Of a stretch of DNA of 21,080 bases, positions 7,746 to 15,279 are shown piece by piece; the first letter of the stretch is position 1, and every line of letters begins with the position of its first letter. The notes under the pieces are model-generated. The model was not told where the DNA came from, searched no databases, and worked only from the letters and a program-made list of their open reading frames with translations. The position numbers and the translations under genes are program-made. Where the stretch lies: assembly GCA_030151665.1 (NCBI GenBank), contig JASLDB010000007.1, positions 1 to 21,080 of the forward strand, read 5' to 3'. Source of the DNA: Neisseriaceae bacterium. GTDB taxonomy: Bacteria; Pseudomonadota; Gammaproteobacteria; Burkholderiales; Neisseriaceae.

Positions 7746-8492
7746 TTATTTTGTTAGCTTAAGAATCAGTTCAGGTGCTAATTTTTCTCGAACAGAATAA
7801 AGCGAAGGCATTAAATTTTTTGGATGTTTGTCACTGACATTCATAATATTTTGTGCATAAAGAAGGTCGATGACCTCTTCAGCAATAAGGTTATTAATTT
7901 CATTACTGATTTCATCTAACCCACCTGGGCTTTTATCATTAATGAATTTTTTCTTCACATTGCTTTTGCTGCTGCCGTATCGACTGGTCTCAAAACGTTT
8001 GGTGAGAATATTGCCAATGGAAAAGGTTGGTTTATAAAGTCTTGTTTCTTGTGTATACACTGTTGAGTAAATGCCATCGACACGGTCATAGAGTGATTGG
8101 GATTGTGTATCTATTAGTCTTTGATAAGTTTCCATATTGTTGCGGCAAGCTTGGGTAAAGTTTTTATGCGTTTTCTCATCAGCCCCCATTCCAACATCAA
8201 TCATGATGGTGTAGAAATCTTGTTTGATATAGGTGCTGTCTTCAGGGGTAATGTCCCAATAAATATCTTTTTTGGTTTTACCTTGTTTTTTGAGAAGATA
8301 AGCTTTGGATACTGCATTGCCTATTTCACTGCAGCTGATTGATGGTGCCAATTCTCTAAAAAAACTCACAGAAAATGCTGGTATTTCATCTTCTGCTTTT
8401 TCAGCAGCAGAAGTATAAGCTGTATAGCTTATCAATATGGTGGATAAAATGATTGTAGACAGTTTTCTTTGAATGGGTTTTGCTTTTTGCAT
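7746..8492 (-). CDS. Secreted/periplasmic hypothetical protein (248 aa), no recognisable family
   Basis: A hydrophobic N-terminal signal (LSTIILSTILISYTAYTSAAE) follows a basic n-region. An AAGGA RBS lies 5 nt upstream. The protein is Lys-rich and hydrophilic. Confidence 0.6.
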   Translation of the reverse strand: MQKAKPIQRKLSTIILSTILISYTAYTSAAEKAEDEIPAFSVSFFRELAPSISCSEIGNAVSKAYLLKKQGKTKKDIYWDITPEDSTYIKQDFYTIMIDVGMGADEKTHKNFTQACRNNMETYQRLIDTQSQSLYDRVDGIYSTVYTQETRLYKPTFSIGNILTKRFETSRYGSSKSNVKKKFINDKSPGGLDEISNEINNLIAEEVIDLLYAQNIMNVSDKHPKNLMPSLYSVREKLAPELILKLTK

Positions 8493-8563
8493 AATAATCC
8501 TTCAAGTCTTAATAATACCAGTAATGAGTATTTTGATAGCAATGAAAACGAGATGAGGTGTGT

Positions 8564-8998
8564 TTATTGAAATCTCGACGTGCATGCACTAACGACGACT
8601 TCACATGTACCTTTTTCATTGGTGCGATGCCTTGATACCCGTTTATCTTCTTTGGTTTTACCAAAGCCGATTCTCTCAATTTGTCGATAACAATCATTGA
8701 TCGCATAAGATTTTAGATCATAGTAATTGCCACCATAGGTTTCTCGTATGAAATTGTGGGATCTAGAATACGTTAGCATGCCACAAGTGTTTTGAAATTC
8801 AAATACATGGCAACCTGGGCAGTCTTTTTTGACCGCATTTGTTGCACGATTGGCAACTGGATAATCAACACCACTGGATGTCTGCCCTGTTTTTTTATCA
8901 AAGCCAATAGCACCGTAACAATTAGGAAGCCAACAATCCGCAGCATAACTGATGGGAGCAGCAACAAGAATAATCATGCATATTAATATTTTTTTCAT
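8564..8998 (-). CDS. Secreted Cys-rich protein, DUF4189-like (paralog A)
   Basis: It has a signal peptide (MKKILICMIILVAAPISYA) and eight Cys. The motif CxLPNCYGAIGFDKKTG...CPGC...C is shared with the next gene. The ATG at 8998 is preferred over the GTG at 9013. Assignment to DUF4189 is from memory and not verified. Confidence 0.6.
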   Translation of the reverse strand: MKKILICMIILVAAPISYAADCWLPNCYGAIGFDKKTGQTSSGVDYPVANRATNAVKKDCPGCHVFEFQNTCGMLTYSRSHNFIRETYGGNYYDLKSYAINDCYRQIERIGFGKTKEDKRVSRHRTNEKGTCEVVVSACTSRFQ

Positions 8999-9099
8999 CG
9001 GTTTCTGTCTCACAATGGGGATGAATCAATAACAAATTTGATAAATTAACAAAAATATCAAATAACCATTTTAATGAAAATCAAAGTAATCAATCATCA

Positions 9100-9534
9100 T
9101 TAAATAGGGCGTTTGGTGCAGGCTTTAACAGCGATATGGCATTCACCTCGTTCGCCATGTTGTCGGTAAGAGCGTCTTTTGTCTGTGCTTATTTTTGAGT
9201 AGCCGATGTCATTAATTTTTTGACGACAGGTTGCTAAAGCATCTTCTTGTACCATGTCTTCATACCAAGCCGTTTCATAAACTAAAATATTGTGTGTGTT
9301 CGAATAAGCAATAGCCGCACAGGTTTCTTTAAAGGGCACAATTTCACATGAAGGGCATTCCTTTTTGGCAGCCGTGTTTGCTGCATGAATATTGGAATAA
9401 TTTACTTTGCTAGCTGTTTTTCCAGTGTTTTTATCAAATCCAATAATGCCATAGCAATTGGGTAGCTCACATTGAGCATGGGCAAGTTGGCTAAGAAAAA
9501 AGGGCAGGGTTATCAATACTAAAATTTTTTTCAT
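9100..9534 (-). CDS. Secreted Cys-rich protein, DUF4189-like (paralog B)
   Basis: It has a signal peptide (MKKILVLITLPFFLSQLAHA). It is a clear paralog of 8564..8998, with the CELPNCYGIIGFDKNTG and CPSC motifs and eight conserved Cys. Confidence 0.65.
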   Translation of the reverse strand: MKKILVLITLPFFLSQLAHAQCELPNCYGIIGFDKNTGKTASKVNYSNIHAANTAAKKECPSCEIVPFKETCAAIAYSNTHNILVYETAWYEDMVQEDALATCRQKINDIGYSKISTDKRRSYRQHGERGECHIAVKACTKRPI

Positions 9535-9662
9535 GTTGAATTCAATGCCATTTATTGGGTGAAAATATTAAAACAGAATAGATTAAATTAATTTTATCAA
9601 AGATAGACATGTTTGGTCATCATGGATTCACCATTGATCACTAAGTGAGCCATTGTTGAATA

Positions 9663-9688
9663 GAAAAATCCCGTCCATGGACGGGATT
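9663..9688 (-). terminator. Rho-independent terminator for the DUF805 gene (perfect 22-bp palindrome AATCCCGTCCATGGACGGGATT followed, on the minus strand, by TTTTTC)
   Basis: Seen directly in the sequence. It lies immediately after the minus-strand stop at 9694. Confidence 0.75.
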
Positions 9689-9693
9689 GATAT

Positions 9694-10701
9694 TTATCGC
9701 ATCTTATCAATGGTATTTTCTTTGTAAAGTTCAAACAATTCTTCAGATTGCATTGGGTTGCTGTTGTACATAGCAATCTGGAGAACCAGTATTATGATGA
9801 TAAAGATTAGTCCTGCATAGCTACCTTGTCTTGGTGGGGCACCATATTCATTGGCTTCTTGGCTGCCTGGCATGAACCATAAATACAGTGAGAAGATAAC
9901 CCAAAATGCAATATATAAGAGAGGGTGCAATAGCTGCAATACAATGCCTATTAATATTGAAAAGAGCGCCCACCAACCCGTTTGGTTGCAATCGTGTAAA
10001 CGAAGAATCATGATTTTAATATAAAAAAACATGGACAAAATACCAGCTATTGCCAATAGTACCGCCGTTAAAATGGGTGATACCACTGCAAACATGAAAA
10101 TGATGATAGTCGCGGGGATGCAGGAAAGAACGAAAATAATAGAGGCATTAAGGTAGTTTAAACGACCATAACGGCCGTTAACACTGAATGAAAAGAGACT
10201 AGGAGGCTCAACGATTTCGTTACGAGATTGCCTCTCATAATAGTTGCTATTGGGGGTGGTATAGGCATTGTTGTCTCGGTAGGTATGGTGATTGCTTTGT
10301 GTGGTTTTGCCACCATAAAACGCATCATCCATATTGATGCCAGCGGTTGTTGGTTTTTGCTGTGATTCTTCTAGTTTTAAACCATGAATAGAGGGGCTTT
10401 TGTAGCCAGCTTGTGCGCCTTGCGAATTGGGTGAGCTGTTATCACCTTGAATACTCAGTTCAGAAACAATGCTTTCTTCCTCAATGGCGATTTGTAGGCC
10501 AATGGTTTGTAACTTTTGCTTTAATTTATTGGCATCTTCAAATGAAATGTTTTTTTTCAACGGGATGCGTTTACCCGAAAAGAAAGTTGCCATTTCTTGT
10601 TCAGATAATTTCAATAAATGCTGTGTTTGATTGCTGACTTGGTGAATATCAAAGCCAGATAATAAACTCCCAGTAAAAACGATACGGTATTTTGCTAGCA
10701 T
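9694..10701 (-). CDS. DUF805-family inner-membrane protein with a 170-aa N-terminal cytoplasmic domain and an Asn/Gln/Tyr-rich linker
   Basis: The C-terminal half carries the DUF805 signature (RLNYLNAS...LRLHDCNQTGWWALFSIL...). It has 3-4 TM helices. The N-terminal region is soluble. Confidence 0.7.
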   Translation of the reverse strand: MLAKYRIVFTGSLLSGFDIHQVSNQTQHLLKLSEQEMATFFSGKRIPLKKNISFEDANKLKQKLQTIGLQIAIEEESIVSELSIQGDNSSPNSQGAQAGYKSPSIHGLKLEESQQKPTTAGINMDDAFYGGKTTQSNHHTYRDNNAYTTPNSNYYERQSRNEIVEPPSLFSFSVNGRYGRLNYLNASIIFVLSCIPATIIIFMFAVVSPILTAVLLAIAGILSMFFYIKIMILRLHDCNQTGWWALFSILIGIVLQLLHPLLYIAFWVIFSLYLWFMPGSQEANEYGAPPRQGSYAGLIFIIIILVLQIAMYNSNPMQSEELFELYKENTIDKMR

Positions 10702-11077
10702 TTAGCCCCCTGCCGGATTATTTATGATTTTGTCATTATTGGCTATGTTAGCATGTTTCATGCGTAATGGCTTGTTTAGACAATAATATTGATTGGAATG
10801 TGTTATTTTTTGTGCATTATTCTAACACAGGCTGGTATTAATTTTATTGGGGTCTGATTTTTGTACTGGATTAGCCATTTTTGGGGTGTTTTGTGTTGTA
10901 TTTTGATTGGTTTATGGATGATGATGCGTCATGTTTTTTAAGTTTGGGATGCAAAGAGGCAGAAATAATGCACAATGATTAATATAAGTTCCACTGCTTA
11001 AATATGATATGGTAATATTTTGGTTCGTATTTTGTTGGTTTTTGAAAACATTATTTATCACATGTAATAAATAATGT

Positions 11078-11106
11078 TTGACATGTAATATCTTTATTAT
11101 GATAAT
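11078..11106 (+). promoter_or_regulatory. Candidate sigma70 promoter (TTGACA -17 bp- GATAAT) ending 6 bp before the ATG at 11113, which implies a leaderless transcript; it is overlapped by the direct repeat ACATGTAATA x2 (11061..11070, 11081..11090)
   Basis: The hexamers and spacing are seen directly. There is no Shine-Dalgarno between the -10 and the ATG. Confidence 0.4.
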
Positions 11107-11112
11107 GTTCTT

Positions 11113-11733
11113 ATGAAAAAAAGTTCTGCACATTACCAGCGGCTGTATCGAGAGCGTTTGCGTGAACAAGGTTTAATCAAAAAAGAAATTTGGATTTTGC
11201 CTGAATACACCGCAATGCTTAATCAGATAGAGCAACAATTTCGCCAAGTCGATAACCTTGTTTTGACGCAAAGTCAGGAGATGATGAGTATGGAGCAAAC
11301 CCCATTTTGGCAAGTGAGTACGTTATTTAGCCAGTTGAAAGAAGCGTGCCAAGCGCAGCAACTTCATGTCGATGTACAGTTGCTTGAGGGGACTGAGCCG
11401 ATTATTCATGTGGTGATGCATGATTTTGGTGATTTGCCATTGTTTATTGCGGTGGCGGGTGAGCAAATTATTGTCGAAGGCACTTTGTGGCCGGAAACCG
11501 CTGTTAAAGATGTGGCTGGTTTTAATGATTTGGTTTTGCGGACACATCAATTGTTTCCTTTGTCGAATATTGGTATTCACAGTTCAGAGGGTATGCCTAG
11601 TTATTACGTGATGTATGGTTCTCTGAATTGCCAGTCGCGCATTAGCAGTGTGATTACAGAAATATTGGTATTGGCAGACAATATTATTAAAGCGACAGAG
11701 GCTTACGAAGCGCATTTGTTTGCGGATGTTTAG
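11113..11733 (+). CDS. YjfI/DUF2170-like (YbjN-type fold) cytoplasmic protein with a 55-aa basic N-terminal extension
   Basis: In E. coli yjfI precedes the PspA paralog yjfJ, and the order is the same here. The C-terminal 150 aa have a YbjN-like alpha/beta pattern. The N-terminus (AHYQRLYRERLREQGLIKKEIWILPEY) is basic and resembles a small DNA-binding module. An internal alternative start with a strong RBS lies at 11279/11282 (AGGAG ATGATG). Family assignment has moderate confidence. Confidence 0.55.
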   Translation: MKKSSAHYQRLYRERLREQGLIKKEIWILPEYTAMLNQIEQQFRQVDNLVLTQSQEMMSMEQTPFWQVSTLFSQLKEACQAQQLHVDVQLLEGTEPIIHVVMHDFGDLPLFIAVAGEQIIVEGTLWPETAVKDVAGFNDLVLRTHQLFPLSNIGIHSSEGMPSYYVMYGSLNCQSRISSVITEILVLADNIIKATEAYEAHLFADV

Positions 11734-11755
11734 CCGATTCATAAGGAGTGACAAA

Positions 11756-12466
11756 ATGAGTATATGGAGCAAAATGATTACCGCCTTGCGTGGTGGTGCA
11801 CATGAAATGGGTGAAAATATTATTGACGGCCAAGCTTTGCGTATTTTGGATCAAGAAATTCGTGATGCAGACGCTCAACTTCGTCAGTCAAAAGCGGCTT
11901 TGGCAGATATTATGGCCAAGCAAAAATTAGCCAAAAATGAAGTCAAGCTGCACGGTGACAAAATTGCGGAATATGAGCAATATGCTGTTCAAGCTTTAGA
12001 AACTGATAATGAAGCTTTGGCTTTGGAAGTGGCAGAAAAAATTGCGAAACTAGAAGTATTGCACACGGAAGCCACAGAGCAAATGACAGCTTACACCAAC
12101 AGTGTTAATCAGTTGCAAAAATCGGTATTGGATGTTGAGAGCCATATTAAGCGGCTCAAACAGCAAGCTGATACGGTGCGGGCAACCGACAGTGTTCAAA
12201 AAGCACAAATGGCTGTCTCCAAAAGTTTTGATGGTTCACAAGCCAAAGTGCATACCGCTTTAGAATCGTTGGAAAAAATTAAAAAGCAACAAGCGCAGCA
12301 AGCTGCTAAATTTGAAGCCCAACAAGAATTGCATCAAATGGGTGCTGATGACGATGCTTTGAATCATAAGTTACAAGCAGCGGGCATTGTGCCAGCAAAA
12401 TCCAGTGCAGACAGTGTTTTATTGCGCTTAAAAGCGAAACAGAAAAATACAGATACTGCTAATTAA
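11756..12466 (+). CDS. PspA/IM30-family protein (phage-shock protein A paralog, YjfJ-like; bacterial ESCRT-III superfamily)
   Basis: An AAGGAG RBS lies 7 nt upstream. The N-terminus (MSIWSKMITALRGGAHEMGENII) fits the PspA amphipathic helix a0. The coiled-coil body aligns with E. coli YjfJ/PspA motifs (EVAEKIAKLEVL, TVRATDSVQKAQMAV). The ORF-track start at 11720 is rejected. Confidence 0.85.
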   Translation: MSIWSKMITALRGGAHEMGENIIDGQALRILDQEIRDADAQLRQSKAALADIMAKQKLAKNEVKLHGDKIAEYEQYAVQALETDNEALALEVAEKIAKLEVLHTEATEQMTAYTNSVNQLQKSVLDVESHIKRLKQQADTVRATDSVQKAQMAVSKSFDGSQAKVHTALESLEKIKKQQAQQAAKFEAQQELHQMGADDDALNHKLQAAGIVPAKSSADSVLLRLKAKQKNTDTAN

Positions 12467-12493
12467 TCCATCACCATGAAAGGAGGCAGCGCT

Positions 12494-13123
12494 ATGTTTA
12501 TGGATATTGCGTTGTCGTTTCCAACTGTTATTTTTTCTGTCTTTTTTGCGGTATCCACTGCTTTGTGGTTGGTCAGTATTATTGGATTATTGGACATTGA
12601 AGCCAATTCTGTGGATATGGAAATGGGTGATGTGTCTGCGACAGGGCAGATGATGGGTGTATTGTCTCGTTTGGGTCTGAGTGGTGTACCCATCACCATT
12701 GTCTTGAGTTTATTGTCCATGATTGGTTGGACAGTGAGCTTTACCTTGCAGTATTTTGCCATGGGCTTGGTTGGCAGTGGTGTTTTGATGTATGTCCTGG
12801 GTGCGGTCATTTTTGTGGTGACATTTTGGCTGTCGATTAAATTGACAGCTTTATTTTGCAAACCTTTGCGGGTATCTCTGGCCAGTCACAGTGCGATTAA
12901 TAAAGCACAACTAATCGGTCAAATGGTGGTGGTGCGTAGCATGAGTGTGACAGCGACTTTTGGGGAGGCTGTTTTTAGCGCTGATGGCGTTACCATGAAC
13001 TTGAGAATCAGAGACAGTGAACAAAAAGGTTTTACCGCAGGGGATCAGGTGGTTTTACTGAAGTACGATAGCACAGCGGATGCTTTTGCTGTCATTAGCA
13101 CAGAAGAATTTAACGGTTTTTAG
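12494..13123 (+). CDS. NfeD-like short-form membrane protein (YqiJ/YuaF-like): N-terminal TM helices plus a C-terminal OB-fold beta-barrel
   Basis: The strong RBS GAAAGGAGG (12479..12486) favours the ATG at 12494 over 12476. There are about 4 TM segments. The C-terminal segment (LIGQMVVVRSMSVTATFGEAVFSADGVTMNLRIRDSEQKGFTAGDQVVLLKY) resembles the NfeD OB domain. NfeD genes classically sit next to SPFH/flotillin genes. Confidence 0.75.
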   Translation: MFMDIALSFPTVIFSVFFAVSTALWLVSIIGLLDIEANSVDMEMGDVSATGQMMGVLSRLGLSGVPITIVLSLLSMIGWTVSFTLQYFAMGLVGSGVLMYVLGAVIFVVTFWLSIKLTALFCKPLRVSLASHSAINKAQLIGQMVVVRSMSVTATFGEAVFSADGVTMNLRIRDSEQKGFTAGDQVVLLKYDSTADAFAVISTEEFNGF

Positions 13124-13166
13124 TTTACATTGCACGCTAACTCATTAATACAAAGGAAAGAACAAC

Positions 13167-15194
13167 ATGAGTCCTATTTTGACCATGATTATCACGTTGG
13201 TGGTCGGTATTGTTATTGCCGTCATTGGTATTTTTATTTTGTTAAAAGCGTTTTATACAAAAGTACCACAAGGCACGGCTTTGATTAAAAATGGCTTGAT
13301 GTTAAGTCAACCGAAAGTCAGTTTTACAGGTGCATTTGTATTTCCAGTGATCCACATTAAAGAATTTATGAAGATTTCTTTGGTTACTTTACAAGTCGAT
13401 CGCCGTGGCAAAGATGGCTTGATTTGTAAAGATAACTTGCGTGCAGACATTACCGTGGCATTTTACTTGCGTGTGAATGAAACGGCTGACGATGTATTAA
13501 AGGTGGCAAAATCAGTGAGTGTGAATCGTGCATCTGATCAAGTCGCCTTGGATGAATTGTTTAATGCCAAGTTTTCTGAAGCTTTGAAAACCGTGGGTAA
13601 ACAATTTAATTTTGAACAGCTATTTGATGAACGCCAAAATTTTCGTGATCGAATTGTGCAAACGATTGGTGAGGATTTGAATGGTTATGCGCTAGAAGAC
13701 GTTGCCATTGATTACTTAGAGCAAACACCAGTTGATTTATTGGATAAAACCAAGATTCAAGATGCGGAAGGTATTCGCAAAATTACAGAATTGACCGCTC
13801 GAGAAGGGGTGGCAACCAATGAATTGATGCGAAACGCAGAATTGGCGATTCAAAAGAAAAACGTAGAAGCCAAAGAAGCATCCTTGGCATTGGAGCGTCA
13901 ACAAGCGACAGCAGAAGCTGCGCAGCGTCGTGAGATTGAGAGTAACCAAGCTCGCGAAACAGCGCAAACTGAAATTGTTCGAGAGCAAGAGCGTTTGCGT
14001 CAAGAAGAAGCACGCATTGCAACACAAGAGCAAATCGAAGTGCGTACCCAAAATCAACAACGTGAAATCGAAGTGGCTGAGCAAAATCGCCAACGTGCGG
14101 TGGTGATTGAAGTGGAAAAAGTCACTCGCTCCAAAGAATTGGAAGTGGTGGCTCGAGAACGCGAAGTCGAATTGCAACGCATTGAAAAAGAAAAAGCATT
14201 GGAGGTTGAACGCAAAGAAATTGCCAATGTGATTCGTGAGCGTGTATCGGTTGAAAAAACCGTTGCGCAAGAAGAAGAAAAAATTAAAGAAGTGCGTGAA
14301 GTATCAGAAGCAGAACGCATGAAAAAAGTATCGATTTTAGAAGCCGAAGCCGATGCAGAACAAGCTTTGGTTCGCCAAGTGAAGCAAGCGCAAGCGGATG
14401 AAGAAAAATCGAAACACCGTGCTGTTGAAATCAATACCTTGGCGCAAGCAGAATTAGAAGCTGCTGCCAAAGAAGCTGAAGCCAAAGCACGCATTGCTGA
14501 AGGCATGAAAGCTGAACGTGCAGCACCTGGTTTGGCTGATGCTCGTGTATTGGAAGTTACCGCTGCTGCCCGTGAAAAAGAAGGCTTGGCAACTGCACGC
14601 ATTAAGCAAGAAATGATGTTGGCAGAAGCGCGTGGTGAAGAAGAAAAAGGTTTGGCACAAGCGCGTGTATTAGAAGCACAAGCCGATGCCAAAGAAAAAG
14701 ATGGTTTGGCAGAAGCCAAAGTCTTGGAAGAAAAATTAATTGCCAAGGCGCGTGGTGAAGAACAAGTTGGTGTGGCACAAGCGAATGTGACCAAAGAACG
14801 TGGTCAAGCTGATGCCAAAGCCTTGTTGGATAAATTCAATGCTGAAGCTGAGGGCTTAACCAAGAAATTTGTGGCTTTGGCTAATATGAGCGAAAGCACC
14901 CGTTCACACGAAGAATTCCGTTTGCAACTTGAAAAAGAATTGAACGAAACATTAACGGCCATTGCTGCAAATAAAGACATTGCCAAAGACCAAGCAGAAG
15001 TTTTGGCTGCTGCATTGTCTAAAGCGAAAGTGGAATTGGTTGGTGGTGGTGGTGAATACTTTAATTCATTCGCTAAATCATTGTCGATTGGCAAGAGCAT
15101 TGAAGGTGTTGTTGGCAAAAGCCCAATGGTGCAAGATTTACTCAGCCGCTTCTTGGGCGGTCAGAAAACTGATTCATTGAACAATATGGATTAA
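13167..15194 (+). CDS. Flotillin-family SPFH/band-7 protein (YqiK/FloT-like), 675 aa, with an N-terminal TM anchor and a very long EA-rich coiled coil
   Basis: An AAAGGAAAG RBS lies upstream. The N-terminal hairpin/TM is MSPILTMIITLVVGIVIAVIGIFILL. The SPFH core is present (e.g. GLICKDNLRADITVAFYLRVNE). It is followed by about 400 aa of E/A/K/R/Q-rich repeats, including four tandem xEKxGLAxAxVLE-type repeats at about 14530..14790. Confidence 0.85.
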   Translation: MSPILTMIITLVVGIVIAVIGIFILLKAFYTKVPQGTALIKNGLMLSQPKVSFTGAFVFPVIHIKEFMKISLVTLQVDRRGKDGLICKDNLRADITVAFYLRVNETADDVLKVAKSVSVNRASDQVALDELFNAKFSEALKTVGKQFNFEQLFDERQNFRDRIVQTIGEDLNGYALEDVAIDYLEQTPVDLLDKTKIQDAEGIRKITELTAREGVATNELMRNAELAIQKKNVEAKEASLALERQQATAEAAQRREIESNQARETAQTEIVREQERLRQEEARIATQEQIEVRTQNQQREIEVAEQNRQRAVVIEVEKVTRSKELEVVAREREVELQRIEKEKALEVERKEIANVIRERVSVEKTVAQEEEKIKEVREVSEAERMKKVSILEAEADAEQALVRQVKQAQADEEKSKHRAVEINTLAQAELEAAAKEAEAKARIAEGMKAERAAPGLADARVLEVTAAAREKEGLATARIKQEMMLAEARGEEEKGLAQARVLEAQADAKEKDGLAEAKVLEEKLIAKARGEEQVGVAQANVTKERGQADAKALLDKFNAEAEGLTKKFVALANMSESTRSHEEFRLQLEKELNETLTAIAANKDIAKDQAEVLAAALSKAKVELVGGGGEYFNSFAKSLSIGKSIEGVVGKSPMVQDLLSRFLGGQKTDSLNNMD

Positions 15195-15198
15195 ACAC

Positions 15199-15226
15199 AA
15201 CAACAGGGGCTTTGGCTCCTGTTGTT
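15199..15226 (+). other. Intercistronic stem-loop (12-bp stem AACAACAGGGGC/GCTCCTGTTGTT with one G-U, UUUG loop) without a U-tract, between the flotillin and giant-ATPase genes
   Basis: Seen directly in the sequence. It is not a canonical terminator. It could be an mRNA-processing, stability or attenuation element that tunes stoichiometry. Confidence 0.45.
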
Positions 15227-15279
15227 ACCATGGGCGATTGATTTAAATCGTGATTGAATCGGTTTGGTAAGGATGGAAG

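Noticed and set aside
10912-11169. 85-aa minus-strand ORF in the long AT-rich intergenic region
   Set aside because: It overlaps the promoter and the start of the yjfI-like gene. It is low-complexity and has no RBS.
11720-11755. Upstream start of the PspA-like gene (MRMFSRFIRSDK...) overlapping the end of the yjfI-like gene
   Set aside because: The AAGGAG RBS sits 7 nt before the ATG at 11756, and the PspA-family N-terminal amphipathic helix starts there.
12476-12493. ATG at 12476 as the NfeD-like start
   Set aside because: That ATG lies inside the GAAAGGAGG Shine-Dalgarno. The ATG at 12494 is correctly spaced.
14054-14794. 246-aa minus-strand ORF rich in Ala/Ser/Cys
   Set aside because: It is the antisense of the GAA/GCN-rich flotillin coiled-coil region. 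It is an artefact of codon composition.
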